DNA of 64,000 bases from Candidatus Latescibacterota bacterium (GCA_965116875.1 OZ220733.1:4928001-4992000), one strand, 5' to 3'. Counted from the first letter of the stretch, positions 39,150 to 48,327 are shown. The notes: generated by a model not told the origin, from the letters alone. Program-made: numbers and translations.

Positions 39150-39624
39150 TCATTCCCAAAGGTCGTCCAGAAACTCGGAAGCCGGCTTGACCCCGGAAAC
39201 CATCAGGTAGTCGCGGGCGCGCGTGCACGCGACATACAACAGGTGCCTTTCCGTGTTGTAGACCTCCTCGAGGTCGGCATGATCGGCCGCTGTCTCGATA
39301 CGCTCCTGCCGGGGAATCACTTCATCGTCGCACGCCATTAAGGCAACGGCTCGAAACTCCAGCCCCTTGGCAAGGTGCATTATAGAAATCGACAACCCGC
39401 CTTTGGCCGTCTCACGGCATTCATCCAGGATCCGGAATGAATATCCCTATGCAGGTTCGGGCCAGAAAATCGGATCTTTGGCTCCGTCAACACTGTGGGA
39501 TTTCAATCCAGGATGAGCCGGGTTCATCTGCAAATCAATGGCAGTGGTTTTCACGGCCTTTTGTTCGTTGCCCGTCAAGCCTGACGGGACTGTCAGTGAA
39601 TGTGTCAGATATGCCGAAATCCAC
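39150..39624 (-). pseudogene. Internally deleted, frameshifted UvrD-like SF1 helicase remnant
   Basis: N-terminus MDFGISDTFTDS, frameshift, EQKAVKTTAIDLQMNPAHPG, then a TAG joining to the C-terminal motifs MHLAKGLEF and ERHLLYVACTRAR; no Walker A or B core. Confidence 0.75.
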
Positions 39625-39694
39625 GAGGCCGATAAACGGTCATTCAAGTCTAGTGACTGCGGCCAGCCCTCGTTGATTTTATCGACATTTGAGA

Positions 39695-40399
39695 TTATTG
39701 ACCCCGTTGTGGGAGAAGTTCGAGCAGCCTGAGCCAGCGCCGAAAATGCGGGCAAGCGCAACAGATCGCGTCCAGGCCGATCTCTCTCACCGCGAATGTA
39801 CCCATCAATGGCTTCTGATACCCAGGCACGAGCGCTTCGATACGGCTCGAAGGTGCTGTGTCTGGCGAGTCGTCGATTTCTTCCGGACTCGCGAATTGGT
39901 GTCTGATTTTCTCAAATTTCGATGTCAGATCAGGGATCCCAATCCCGCGAGCGAATATGTCACAATCACTGAATAGCATCGCTTCGAACTCGTGCATTGC
40001 AACATAAGGGATAAAACGCCTCCGATCGAAATTCGGGCCCATTTCGCTGGCGATGTTATCCAATAGGGCATCTTCTACTATCATTGCTTTCCCCGACGAA
40101 GAACTCTGACGTGTAGCTTGCAGGCGACCCGGCCACGCTTTTGGACCGGTCTGAGGCATTGCGTAGTAGTCCACCATTGTAGTCGCAAGACTTGCCGGAT
40201 CTTCCTTCAAGTGTCTTTCTATGTCTCTACGTACACTGTTCCAAGACCGTATTCCACCACGGCGGTGCCGCTGACGGGCGTTCCCAATTAAGCGGGCGCT
40301 GATTCCTGTATACCCGAAATCGTACAAATACGGTGCCAGCAGTTCATTGACGAATTGCTCCTCTGACTGACCCTCGACGTGGACAAGCAACCGAGTCAT
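39695..40399 (-). CDS. DUF4276 family (TOPRIM-like) protein
   Basis: VHVEGQSEEQF, TTMVDYY, HEFEAMLFSD, PEEIDD..APS.RI, CPHF..W. Confidence 0.85.
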   Translation of the reverse strand: MTRLLVHVEGQSEEQFVNELLAPYLYDFGYTGISARLIGNARQRHRRGGIRSWNSVRRDIERHLKEDPASLATTMVDYYAMPQTGPKAWPGRLQATRQSSSSGKAMIVEDALLDNIASEMGPNFDRRRFIPYVAMHEFEAMLFSDCDIFARGIGIPDLTSKFEKIRHQFASPEEIDDSPDTAPSSRIEALVPGYQKPLMGTFAVREIGLDAICCACPHFRRWLRLLELLPQRGQ

Positions 40400-41496
40400 T
40401 CCAATAATCCATTACTTTTGGCCTCCACCGCAGGACGGCCACCGATTTCGTTCTTTTCCCATAGCTGGCCAAGGCTGTATTCTTCCAACCAAGCCGCTAG
40501 GTTTCTGCTGTCCAGTCTCTCAAGAGTTGTCGCGCGGTTCACACGATCGGCGACGATCACGTCGATTGGTTCGAAATGGTCCAACAGGACGGGCGACTGT
40601 GTTGCAACGATGATTTGGGATTCCACTGATGCCTGCTTTAGCAAGGAAGCTAACAGTGTAATTGCATAAGGATGTAGTCCGAGTTCCGGCTCATCCAGAA
40701 GAATGACGGACGGCCGTAGCGAAGTCGGTTGAAGCAGAAGAGTACAAAGTGCGATGAACCTGAGCGTTCCGTCGGACAAAGACGACGTGTCGAAGAAGGC
40801 GTCCGATCCCGCGTGCCGCCATTCAAGACGAATCTTGTCTGCATTAAGCGCCGTAGGTTTGAGTTCGAAATCCTCAAAAAATGGAGCTGCCAGTCTTATT
40901 GTACGCTGAATCTCGTTGTACGTTTCATCGTGTTTTTCTTTCAGTAAGAACAGAAACGCGGGCAAGTTCGAGCCATCCGGACGAAGAAATCGGTTGTCAT
41001 TGAGATTGGCAGTCTTTTTCATTGGCGACATGGAACCCGTGTCGTGAAAGTGGTAAGTTTGCCAACCCTCGATATGTCGGCGTATATGGTCTGGTGCCAA
41101 GAGATAGTCCTGTGATTCGTCTAAAGTGAATTTTCCTGTACTACTGTTATCCGGATCGGAAGGATGGTAGGCTATATTATTCACAAAAAGCCCGTCGGAA
41201 TCGTCTCTAGACAATTCGATTGCAAATCCTGCCGTGTTTCTGTCAAATGAGACTTGCATTCCTAATTTCGAGGTTACCTTTGATCCGAAATGCAGGATCT
41301 GATCGGCTCCACCTGCTTGTCCCACGTAGCGTTGCAAATGTCCCCGAACGACGGTGCGTAGAAACGAAATCGCATCAATGAAATTCGACTTGCCCGATCC
41401 GTTGGCTCCGATGAGTACATTGAGAGGCCGCAACCTTTGCATGGCAAACGCGATGCTTTTGAAGCCTTCGATGATGACCCTATCAAGTCTGGCCAT
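40396..41496 (-). CDS. AAA_21/ABC-type ATPase
   Basis: GFKSI, GANGSGKSN, YHFHDT, LSDGTLRF, LLDEPELGLHP, ATQSP; overlaps the DUF4276 gene by 4 bp. Confidence 0.92.
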   Translation of the reverse strand: MARLDRVIIEGFKSIAFAMQRLRPLNVLIGANGSGKSNFIDAISFLRTVVRGHLQRYVGQAGGADQILHFGSKVTSKLGMQVSFDRNTAGFAIELSRDDSDGLFVNNIAYHPSDPDNSSTGKFTLDESQDYLLAPDHIRRHIEGWQTYHFHDTGSMSPMKKTANLNDNRFLRPDGSNLPAFLFLLKEKHDETYNEIQRTIRLAAPFFEDFELKPTALNADKIRLEWRHAGSDAFFDTSSLSDGTLRFIALCTLLLQPTSLRPSVILLDEPELGLHPYAITLLASLLKQASVESQIIVATQSPVLLDHFEPIDVIVADRVNRATTLERLDSRNLAAWLEEYSLGQLWEKNEIGGRPAVEAKSNGLLE

Positions 41497-41881
41497 AGTT
41501 CCTGTCCTGACTCCCGAAACACCTTCATCACCTCGTCCCCGAGGTGTCCGAACCCTACATACGCTGTTATTGCGTTTCCGGAGAAAATCCGATATCCATC
41601 AAGAGTAGAAATGACACAAAAATACACCTCATGTCAAGCCATTCCCATACACGAACCAGAGCGCCGGTCGGGATAATACATCTCAGGTCGCCCGTTCGAA
41701 CACAGATTTATGGGAAACTCGCCCCAAGAGCAGGCGTCTAAAGTACGGGTGATGTGTCTTCCCTGCAGGTCTGCCAATGTGGTCGCGGCTGTAGACGATT
41801 CGGCGTAATGGGTGAATTTCCCACAAATATAGGCACAGACGGCCAATACGTGCACATCTTTCCAATGGATAGCCTTGAGAA

Positions 41882-43240
41882 ATGACGGACTCTGCGACAG
41901 GTCGATCAAACCTGACAAGGTCTCGGACCCCACTCCGAAGTTGGCATTCCGCATTCGTTGCCGCGATTCTGATCACCGCGCACCCCGGATGCGGAGGGGA
42001 ATCACCGGTTGACGAGGCAGCGCCTGAAAGTGAAGACCAGTCGGCCGAGGTGCTGCGGTCCGAAAAGGCGCGGAAGACCTCTCTGTCCGCATCGGACGTG
42101 AGACTGGACGATCTGGTGCGGGGGAACCGCGCGTTTGCGTTCGACCTCTACAGCACGCTGCGAGAGCAGGACGGAAACCTGTTCTATTCGCCGCACAGCA
42201 TTTCCGTGGCGCTGGCGATGATGTACGCCGGGGCGAGGGGCGAGACGGCGCGCCAGATGGAAGCCGTCCTGCGGTTCCAACTTCCCGCGGATCAGCTGCA
42301 CCCTGCGTTCAACGTCCTCGACCTCGCGCTCTCATCCCGCGGGGAAGACAGCGGCGGTCGGGATGGCGGCCAATTCCGGCTGAACATCGCCAATGCCATT
42401 TGGGGTCAGAAGGGGTTCGCGTTTCTGCCGCAATTCCTCGATACGCTGGCCGAAAACTACGGCGCCGGTATGCGGGCGGTGGACTTCGTGGAGAATCCGG
42501 AGGCGTCGCGCACGGCCATCAACGACTGGGTCGCGGAAAGGACCGAGGAAACAATCCAGGACCTGATTCCGCAGGGCGTCATCAACCGGCTGACGCGGCT
42601 GGTACTGACAAATGCCATTTATTTCAACGCCGCGTGGCACTACCCCTTCGACGAGGACCGGACCACGAGCGATCCGTTTCACCTGCTGAGCGGGGATCGA
42701 GTCAACGTGCCCATGATGCACCAGACGGAGACCTTCAACTACGCATTGCACGAGACATACCAGGTCCAGTCAGTGGAACTGCTCTATGCGGGAGAGGAGG
42801 CGTCGCTGATCATCCTCCTCCCGGCCAGGGGCAGATACGCTCAGTTCGAAAACGCGTTGAGCGCGGAACTCGTCACAGAAATTTCGAAGCGCATGAGACC
42901 CATCCGCCTCAGGCTTTCCGTGCCGTCCTTCGAGTTCACGTCCGAATTCAGGTTGGCCGAAATCCTCGACGGTATGGGCATGTCCAACGCCTTCGACCCC
43001 GAATCTGCTGATTTTTCAGGGATGGTCGGTACGAAGGAACTATATCTCTCGGCGGTCGTTCACAAGGCGTTTGTCAAGGTGGACGAACGGGGCACCGAGG
43101 CCGGCGCGGCCACGGGCGGGACGATCGGTGTCACCTCGTTGCCCCCGGCCTTCACGGCTGACCGGCCTTTTGTTTTCCTTATAAGGGACAATGCCACGGA
43201 CGCCATCCTGTTCGTCGGGCGTGTGGTGGATCCAGGGTAG
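41882..43240 (+). CDS. Serpin (probable lipoprotein)
   Basis: NLFYSPHSI, GARGET, INDWV..T...I, LTNAIYF..W..PF, hinge DERGTEAGAAT, ADRPFVFLI...LFVGRV. Confidence 0.95.
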   Translation: MTDSATGRSNLTRSRTPLRSWHSAFVAAILITAHPGCGGESPVDEAAPESEDQSAEVLRSEKARKTSLSASDVRLDDLVRGNRAFAFDLYSTLREQDGNLFYSPHSISVALAMMYAGARGETARQMEAVLRFQLPADQLHPAFNVLDLALSSRGEDSGGRDGGQFRLNIANAIWGQKGFAFLPQFLDTLAENYGAGMRAVDFVENPEASRTAINDWVAERTEETIQDLIPQGVINRLTRLVLTNAIYFNAAWHYPFDEDRTTSDPFHLLSGDRVNVPMMHQTETFNYALHETYQVQSVELLYAGEEASLIILLPARGRYAQFENALSAELVTEISKRMRPIRLRLSVPSFEFTSEFRLAEILDGMGMSNAFDPESADFSGMVGTKELYLSAVVHKAFVKVDERGTEAGAATGGTIGVTSLPPAFTADRPFVFLIRDNATDAILFVGRVVDPG

Positions 43241-43279
43241 TCGGCCTTGCGCTGCCGTGAACGGGCGGAACCAACCGTG

Positions 43280-43319
43280 AAGACCCGTACGCCAGACGGC
43301 GTACGGGTCTTTTTTTTTT
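43280..43319 (+). terminator. Intrinsic terminator after the serpin
   Basis: 14-bp stem AAGACCCGTACGCC / GGCGTACGGGTCTT followed by a long T tract. Confidence 0.9.
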
Positions 43320-43350
43320 AGCAGGGAGCGCGGGATGGCGAGTATCAGAG

Positions 43351-43728
43351 TCAGGCAGGATCGGAATTGCGCTGGAAGAGCTGGAGGAGGACGTCGTTCG
43401 GGCCGTTGAAGAAGCTCAAGCGGATGTCCGTTCCTTCCGCGTCGAACGGCTCGACGGCAATGTCCACACCGGACCCCTTGAGCCCGTTCGCGCTTTCGTC
43501 GACATTGCCAACCTTGAACGAGATGTGATGGAAGCCCACGTCAGCCTGCATGGTCTTCTGCGGCATCAATTCCAGAATCATGTCGCCAGCCTTGAGAAAG
43601 ACGAAGTCCTCGTCATCCACATTCGGAAATCGCTCCACAACTCTCAGGCCCAGCGTTCGCGTATAGAAATGCACGGATCCTTCAACGTCGTCGGTCACGA
43701 GGGCGATCTTGTGGATGTGATCGATCAT
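43351..43728 (-). CDS. VOC/glyoxalase family protein
   Basis: FYTRTLGL, LELM, FHHISFKV, FFNGPNDVLLQL. Confidence 0.88.
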   Translation of the reverse strand: MIDHIHKIALVTDDVEGSVHFYTRTLGLRVVERFPNVDDEDFVFLKAGDMILELMPQKTMQADVGFHHISFKVGNVDESANGLKGSGVDIAVEPFDAEGTDIRLSFFNGPNDVLLQLFQRNSDPA

Positions 43729-43807
43729 TTCATTCTCCTGTGGTTACGAGGTTCAGGATGCCATTCGCATCGTGGTATCAGATTTCGCAATCGCCGGTCG
43801 CCCAGAC

Positions 43808-44929
43808 TCAATACAACAGCTCGCGCAATCCCGGGGGAAGCGATCCACGGAGCGCCGGGTGGCGGGGCGTCAGGTCGAGAAGATCGACGCCGTAAATTTC
43901 TTCGAACGCTGAGTGGATCCTTTTTTCGTGGTCGGTCATACCCGCAAGTGGCAGGTCCACCCATTTCCCGTCCTTGCCGGCCGATTCACGGACCCCCATC
44001 AGTACTTCGATATCTTTTCGGGCGTTGTGCGCGCCATATTCCAGAGCCGTTCCGTGGACTACGGCATCGTGCAGACTGCACCAGGCCTCGGCGATGGCGA
44101 TGCTGTCTTCATCGGGAAGCGCGTAACCCGTGAGGGGACTCTCCCAGACAACCTCCGGCTGCGTTCCCACGATGGATCGAATCAATGAGCCTGTCTGCCC
44201 GCCGCCCGATCGTCTACTGATGATCGGCAGTTTCCTTTCACCGTTCTTCAGGTGTAGTTCCATACCCCGTATGGCCCCGTCAGACCCCAGTACCTCCCAG
44301 TAGTTCTTACGCTGCGTGTTGTGTTCATACGTCCCGCTGATCGTGTCCGACCAGCGTATGACACCCCGTTCTCTCACTTCCGAAGCGTCCGGAACAGTAC
44401 CTGAAACAGCACCCGGTTCTGATCCGAGAATCGACCGGATCGCGCTGATGCCGTGATATGAACCGGACGTATAGGAAACGTAGAATTCCCGGATGTTTCC
44501 AATGAGTCCGTCCCTTACGATCTTCTGTTTCAGCCTTTCACGAGGCCATCTGCGGGCGTTCTCGGAGACTTCCAGAAAAACGCCGTTACCTTCCGCGGCC
44601 CGGATCATCATGTCGGCGCAGGGCAGCGTGTGGGAGATCGGCGTTTCCGAAAGGATATGGACCTTGCGTTCAGCCAGCGTGCGGGCGATCGGGTGATGGA
44701 TTTCCGGCTGGGCCGTAATTATCGCGACGTCGAGCGTCTCCGAATCCAGCATCGACTCCAGATCCGAATACGCCCTCGCCCCGGTCTGATCGGCGACCGA
44801 TTGCGCCTTCCCCGGGTCGATATCGCACACGCCGACCAATCTGTACCTGTCGGAGAGGACCGGCAAGACGGAGAGGTGCGCCCTCGATCGGCCGCCAAGG
44901 CCAATGACCGCTGCATTCAGGATCGCCAT
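43808..44929 (-). CDS. Gfo/Idh/MocA family oxidoreductase
   Basis: VIGLGGR Rossmann motif, LVGVCD, HILSETP. Confidence 0.88.
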   Translation of the reverse strand: MAILNAAVIGLGGRSRAHLSVLPVLSDRYRLVGVCDIDPGKAQSVADQTGARAYSDLESMLDSETLDVAIITAQPEIHHPIARTLAERKVHILSETPISHTLPCADMMIRAAEGNGVFLEVSENARRWPRERLKQKIVRDGLIGNIREFYVSYTSGSYHGISAIRSILGSEPGAVSGTVPDASEVRERGVIRWSDTISGTYEHNTQRKNYWEVLGSDGAIRGMELHLKNGERKLPIISRRSGGGQTGSLIRSIVGTQPEVVWESPLTGYALPDEDSIAIAEAWCSLHDAVVHGTALEYGAHNARKDIEVLMGVRESAGKDGKWVDLPLAGMTDHEKRIHSAFEEIYGVDLLDLTPRHPALRGSLPPGLRELLY

Positions 44930-44947
44930 CTGGACCTCTTTTGTTTA

Positions 44948-45109
44948 GAAGCTGTTTTAAAATTACCGGTGAGTTCCCGAGCGCGAGCGAAAAAGTGGCG
45001 GTCAAGGCGGGAAAACCCGGCCATATTTGTCTATACGGGCGGGTTTGATCAACGTCGACCGGCGCTTTTGCAGCCGTGCGAAGACCGCTGGGAATTTTAA
45101 GACAGCTTC
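44948..45109 (-). mobile_element. 162-bp MITE-like element, copy 2
   Basis: GAAGCTGTTTTAAAATT...AATTTTAAGACAGCTTC flanked by TTA on both sides (44945-44947 and 45110-45112). Confidence 0.82.
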
Positions 45110-45389
45110 TTAAAGACCCGAACTCACATGGATGGACCGGATAAACAGGAAAAATGCCAAGACCGACCAGGATTATCAGGATTGAGTAGGATTGGAAACC
45201 AGGAACAGGACCGAATGCAGGACAAATATGGATAGCCTCTGGAACTTCAACGGTCAGCGTCGATTGACGACCGATCTCCAATCCAGGGTGCCAGCAGGGC
45301 TTCCGGCCCGGAGGCAATGCCTCCCTGCAAGAGAAAAAGGCACTCGAAGAGCGCCTTGAGAAGAGTCGTGAAACACGGCAGCCGGCAGG

Positions 45390-46049
45390 TCAACGGTCCT
45401 TCGCACCCGCTTCCCTGAGAACCTCGATGACATCGGCCTTGTCACGGTACTCCGCCAGCCAGACGGCGGTCTTCCCGTTTCTTGTGACCGCGTTGACGTC
45501 GGCGCCCTCGTCCAGCAGCCGGCTCACCAAGTCCTTGTGACCCCCATAGGCTGCATAGATCAGCGGCGTCCAGCCGGACCGCGCGACCGCATTGACGTCC
45601 GCCCCAGCAGCCAGCAGGACGTGCACGACGCCCATCATTCCTGCGTCGGACGCGAACATCAGCGGAGTCCGATCGTTCAGGTCCCTGGCGTCGACGACAG
45701 CGCCCGCCTCCAGCAGGATCTCGGTGATCGTCGAATCCTTTTTGATCGCCGCTTCCATCAACGCGGTTCTGCTATAGAGGTCATCGTTGACTTCCGCGCC
45801 GGCATCCAGGAGTAGCTGCAGGACTTCAGGAACCCCCTTTTTCGCGGCTTCGATCAGCGGAGTCGTACCTGCCTTGCCTTCTTCGTTCGCGTCGGCGCCT
45901 TCGTCCAGCAGCGTCTTTACGCCCTCTTCATCCCCCTTTTTGACCATGGCAATCAGGTCCGTGTCCTCTGCGGATTTGCACGACGCAGACAATAGAAGCG
46001 CAATCAGAACCGGACCGCTTAGAATACGAAAACCCATACAGCCACCCAT
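45390..46049 (-). CDS. Ankyrin-repeat lipoprotein (about five repeats)
   Basis: LIALLLSASC lipobox-like signal; repeated TPL..AA...LL..GADVN units. Confidence 0.92.
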   Translation of the reverse strand: MGGCMGFRILSGPVLIALLLSASCKSAEDTDLIAMVKKGDEEGVKTLLDEGADANEEGKAGTTPLIEAAKKGVPEVLQLLLDAGAEVNDDLYSRTALMEAAIKKDSTITEILLEAGAVVDARDLNDRTPLMFASDAGMMGVVHVLLAAGADVNAVARSGWTPLIYAAYGGHKDLVSRLLDEGADVNAVTRNGKTAVWLAEYRDKADVIEVLREAGAKDR

Positions 46050-46182
46050 ATTCGAGCCACGGATTTCGCTACAAATCCGCCTTGTAGAATACGACTGACA
46101 CCGCACGAATCTCACCGAACAGTTCCGTAAACGTCATCGTAAGGGTATGTTCGGCATCGGCTTCCGGAAGTCCGCGCCGCGC

Positions 46183-46608
46183 CTACTCGCCTGACCTGGA
46201 AAAGACCAGCGTCAACGTCTGCGCCTGTCCGCCCGCCTGCACCGAAATCAGTACGGTGATCGAACTTCCGCCACCCGCCACCTGTCCTGACTGGGCGCCG
46301 CTACCTCCGTCGGGGGTGAGACTCAGACTGGCGCCGGACCTTGCGTATCCCCCGGTCTGTGAGACCCGGATAACGTCCACCGAGCCCGCGGTAACGTAGG
46401 AGGCCACAATCGAATACCGGTTTTCCGTTAACGTCATGATCCCGGAAGCGTTGGGCGGTGAAATCGCGGAACCCCCCGATGGGGTCAACCTCAAGAGGTC
46501 GTAGGATCCGGCCAGTGACTCGGAACTCGCTGGGTTATTGTCGTCGTTGTCACCGCCGCAGGTGACAAAGACGCAAATTGCAATCAGACCCAACAAAATG
46601 GGCTTCAT
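46183..46608 (-). CDS. Small lipoprotein, possibly a lipocalin-like beta-barrel
   Basis: MKPILLGLIAICVFVTCGG signal, LAGSYDL motif; AAGGAG SD. Confidence 0.7.
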   Translation of the reverse strand: MKPILLGLIAICVFVTCGGDNDDNNPASSESLAGSYDLLRLTPSGGSAISPPNASGIMTLTENRYSIVASYVTAGSVDVIRVSQTGGYARSGASLSLTPDGGSGAQSGQVAGGGSSITVLISVQAGGQAQTLTLVFSRSGE

Positions 46609-46818
46609 GGATGTGATCTCCTTGTGGAACCCCGATGGGGAACCCGCGTACGCGGGCGCGCCGACGAAGTACTCCGGCGTCAGATTTCAATATAAACCCG
46701 GCGCGAAAAGCGGGCAAGGGTTCTTTTCAAAGGCAACGGGTTATGCCGCCTGTACTCTCTCTTCACGTGGCCGTCCGAAAGGATCTTAACACAGCAATTT
46801 CGGGATCTTGTTTTTCTG

Positions 46819-46847
46819 TTGACATTGGAAAGGTTCTAGGTTATCGT
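46819..46847 (+). promoter_or_regulatory. Putative sigma70 promoter for the HU gene
   Basis: TTGACA-17 bp-TATCGT. Confidence 0.55.
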
Positions 46848-46893
46848 TCCCGGGTCGAAGTCCCCGGAAACGGACCAGATCTAAGGAAAACGC

Positions 46894-47205
46894 ATGGCAA
46901 CGATCACCAAGGCTTCGCTGGCGCGGTACCTTTCGGACAACATTGGCCACCCCAAGACCAAAGCCTTGGAAGCTGTCGACGTCCTGTTCGAAGCCATGAC
47001 GTCTTCCATCTGCAACGGCAAACGGATCGAGATACGCGGCTTTGGCTCCTGGGAAGTCAAGGAGACGAAGGAAAAGACCCAGGCGCGCAATCCCAGCACG
47101 GGTGAAACGGTCTACGTGCCCGCCCGCCGGAAAGTCATGTTCAAACCCGGCAAGATTCTGAAGAGAGTGCTGTCCCGATCCCTTGAAGCGAAATCGTCGA
47201 AATAG
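46894..47205 (+). CDS. HU/IHF family DNA-binding protein
   Basis: ITKASL, IEIRGFGSW, ARNPSTGE, FKPGK. Confidence 0.95.
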   Translation: MATITKASLARYLSDNIGHPKTKALEAVDVLFEAMTSSICNGKRIEIRGFGSWEVKETKEKTQARNPSTGETVYVPARRKVMFKPGKILKRVLSRSLEAKSSK

Positions 47206-47234
47206 ACCATCGTTTCTGCACGTCGAAACAACGT

Positions 47235-48056
47235 ATGCGATGGCGTCACAAGCTGAAGCAGTTTCGCGAAGAAGGACCGGAAAGACTCCTGATTGTCAGC
47301 GACTGGGACCGAACCCTGACCCGGTCCACGGCGGAGGACGGCAGCGACCAGTCCACCTGTTCGGTCATCGCGAACAGCGGGCTTCTCGGGCCGGCGTTCA
47401 CCCGACGTTACCAGGAACTGTTTGACCGATACCGAAACATCGAACGCGCACCCGAAATATCGGAAAGCGACAAGTCGCGTCACCTGCGCCGCTGGTGGTC
47501 ACTCCAGTTCGATCTGCTTCTGGATTTCAAACTGAATAAACGCACGATCCGCCGGATCGTCCGCGAAAATCGGCCGCACCTTCGAGACGGTGCGCGCCTT
47601 TTTTTTGATACCCTCCGCGAACGCAGGATCCCCCTCATCATTCTGTCCGCCGGTATCCGGGAGATCATCGAAGCCCGACTTGAGGAAGAAGGCGTATCCA
47701 CCGACAATATTGCCATTATGGCCAACGCGCTGGTTTTCGACCCAGGCGGTATTGCTGTGGCGTACCGGACCCCGCTGATCCACAGCCTGAATAAAAACGC
47801 ACGGCGAGTGGATTTCACACCGGAGATGGCAGGACGCCACAACCTGCTGCTTCTGGGCGACACGCTTGAGGATGCGAGGATGGCCGAAAACATCAGCCAC
47901 ACCCGCGTGCTCAGCTTCGCATTCCCTCCCGACTCCATCCACCTCCGGGAATACCATACCGCGTTCGACGTCGTACTCACGCCAGAGAGCTCTCTTGAGC
48001 CGGTGAACGCCGTGCTGAGGGAAGTCTGTGCGGCTACCCGAAACATTGACCGGTAG
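47235..48056 (+). CDS. HAD hydrolase, pyrimidine 5'-nucleotidase (UMPH-1/cN-III)-like
   Basis: SDWDRTLT, YRNIE, WW, ILSAGI, IHSLNKN, LLGDTLEDARMA. Confidence 0.8.
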   Translation: MRWRHKLKQFREEGPERLLIVSDWDRTLTRSTAEDGSDQSTCSVIANSGLLGPAFTRRYQELFDRYRNIERAPEISESDKSRHLRRWWSLQFDLLLDFKLNKRTIRRIVRENRPHLRDGARLFFDTLRERRIPLIILSAGIREIIEARLEEEGVSTDNIAIMANALVFDPGGIAVAYRTPLIHSLNKNARRVDFTPEMAGRHNLLLLGDTLEDARMAENISHTRVLSFAFPPDSIHLREYHTAFDVVLTPESSLEPVNAVLREVCAATRNIDR

Positions 48057-48217
48057 CGGATGGAAACACGATCAACGGCCGGCACCCTGGTGCGGTGGCG
48101 CGTGCATCCACTTGCGGGTAAACATGCGGACCGCATGGTTTACGTCCTGTTGATGCGTCGACAGAACCCGGACAGGTCATGGCGCGTGACCGGTCCGAGA
48201 AAGAAAGGAGGCGAATC

Positions 48218-48256
48218 ATGAAGGTGACTACGACGTGGAGGGCGACCGCCCGATAA
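48218..48256 (+). CDS. Putative 12-aa leader peptide MKVTTTWRATAR
   Basis: AAAGGAGG SD 6 nt upstream of ATG; overlapping hairpins and a terminator downstream. Confidence 0.5.
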   Translation: MKVTTTWRATAR

Positions 48257-48286
48257 TTGCGGTCGACGTCCCTTCGGAAAGTCGAA

Positions 48287-48327
48287 CCGGGCGCTCCCGA
48301 AAAAGGGGCGCCCGGCTTTTCTTTTTT
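48287..48327 (+). terminator. Intrinsic terminator
   Basis: CCGGGCGCTCC / GGGGCGCCCGG stem followed by CTTTTCTTTTTT. Confidence 0.82.

Noticed and set aside
38256-41900. Prophage, integrase or CRISPR array near the tRNA and Cas4-like gene
   Set aside because: No integrase motifs, phage genes, att duplication or regularly spaced repeats were seen
41500-41960. Several short ORFs at the right edge of the island
   Set aside because: Mutually overlapping and motif-free; probably decayed or non-coding DNA
44670-45317. 215-aa minus-strand ORF spanning the element, considered as a transposase
   Set aside because: No DDE or HUH motifs; it overlaps the oxidoreductase gene and non-coding repeats
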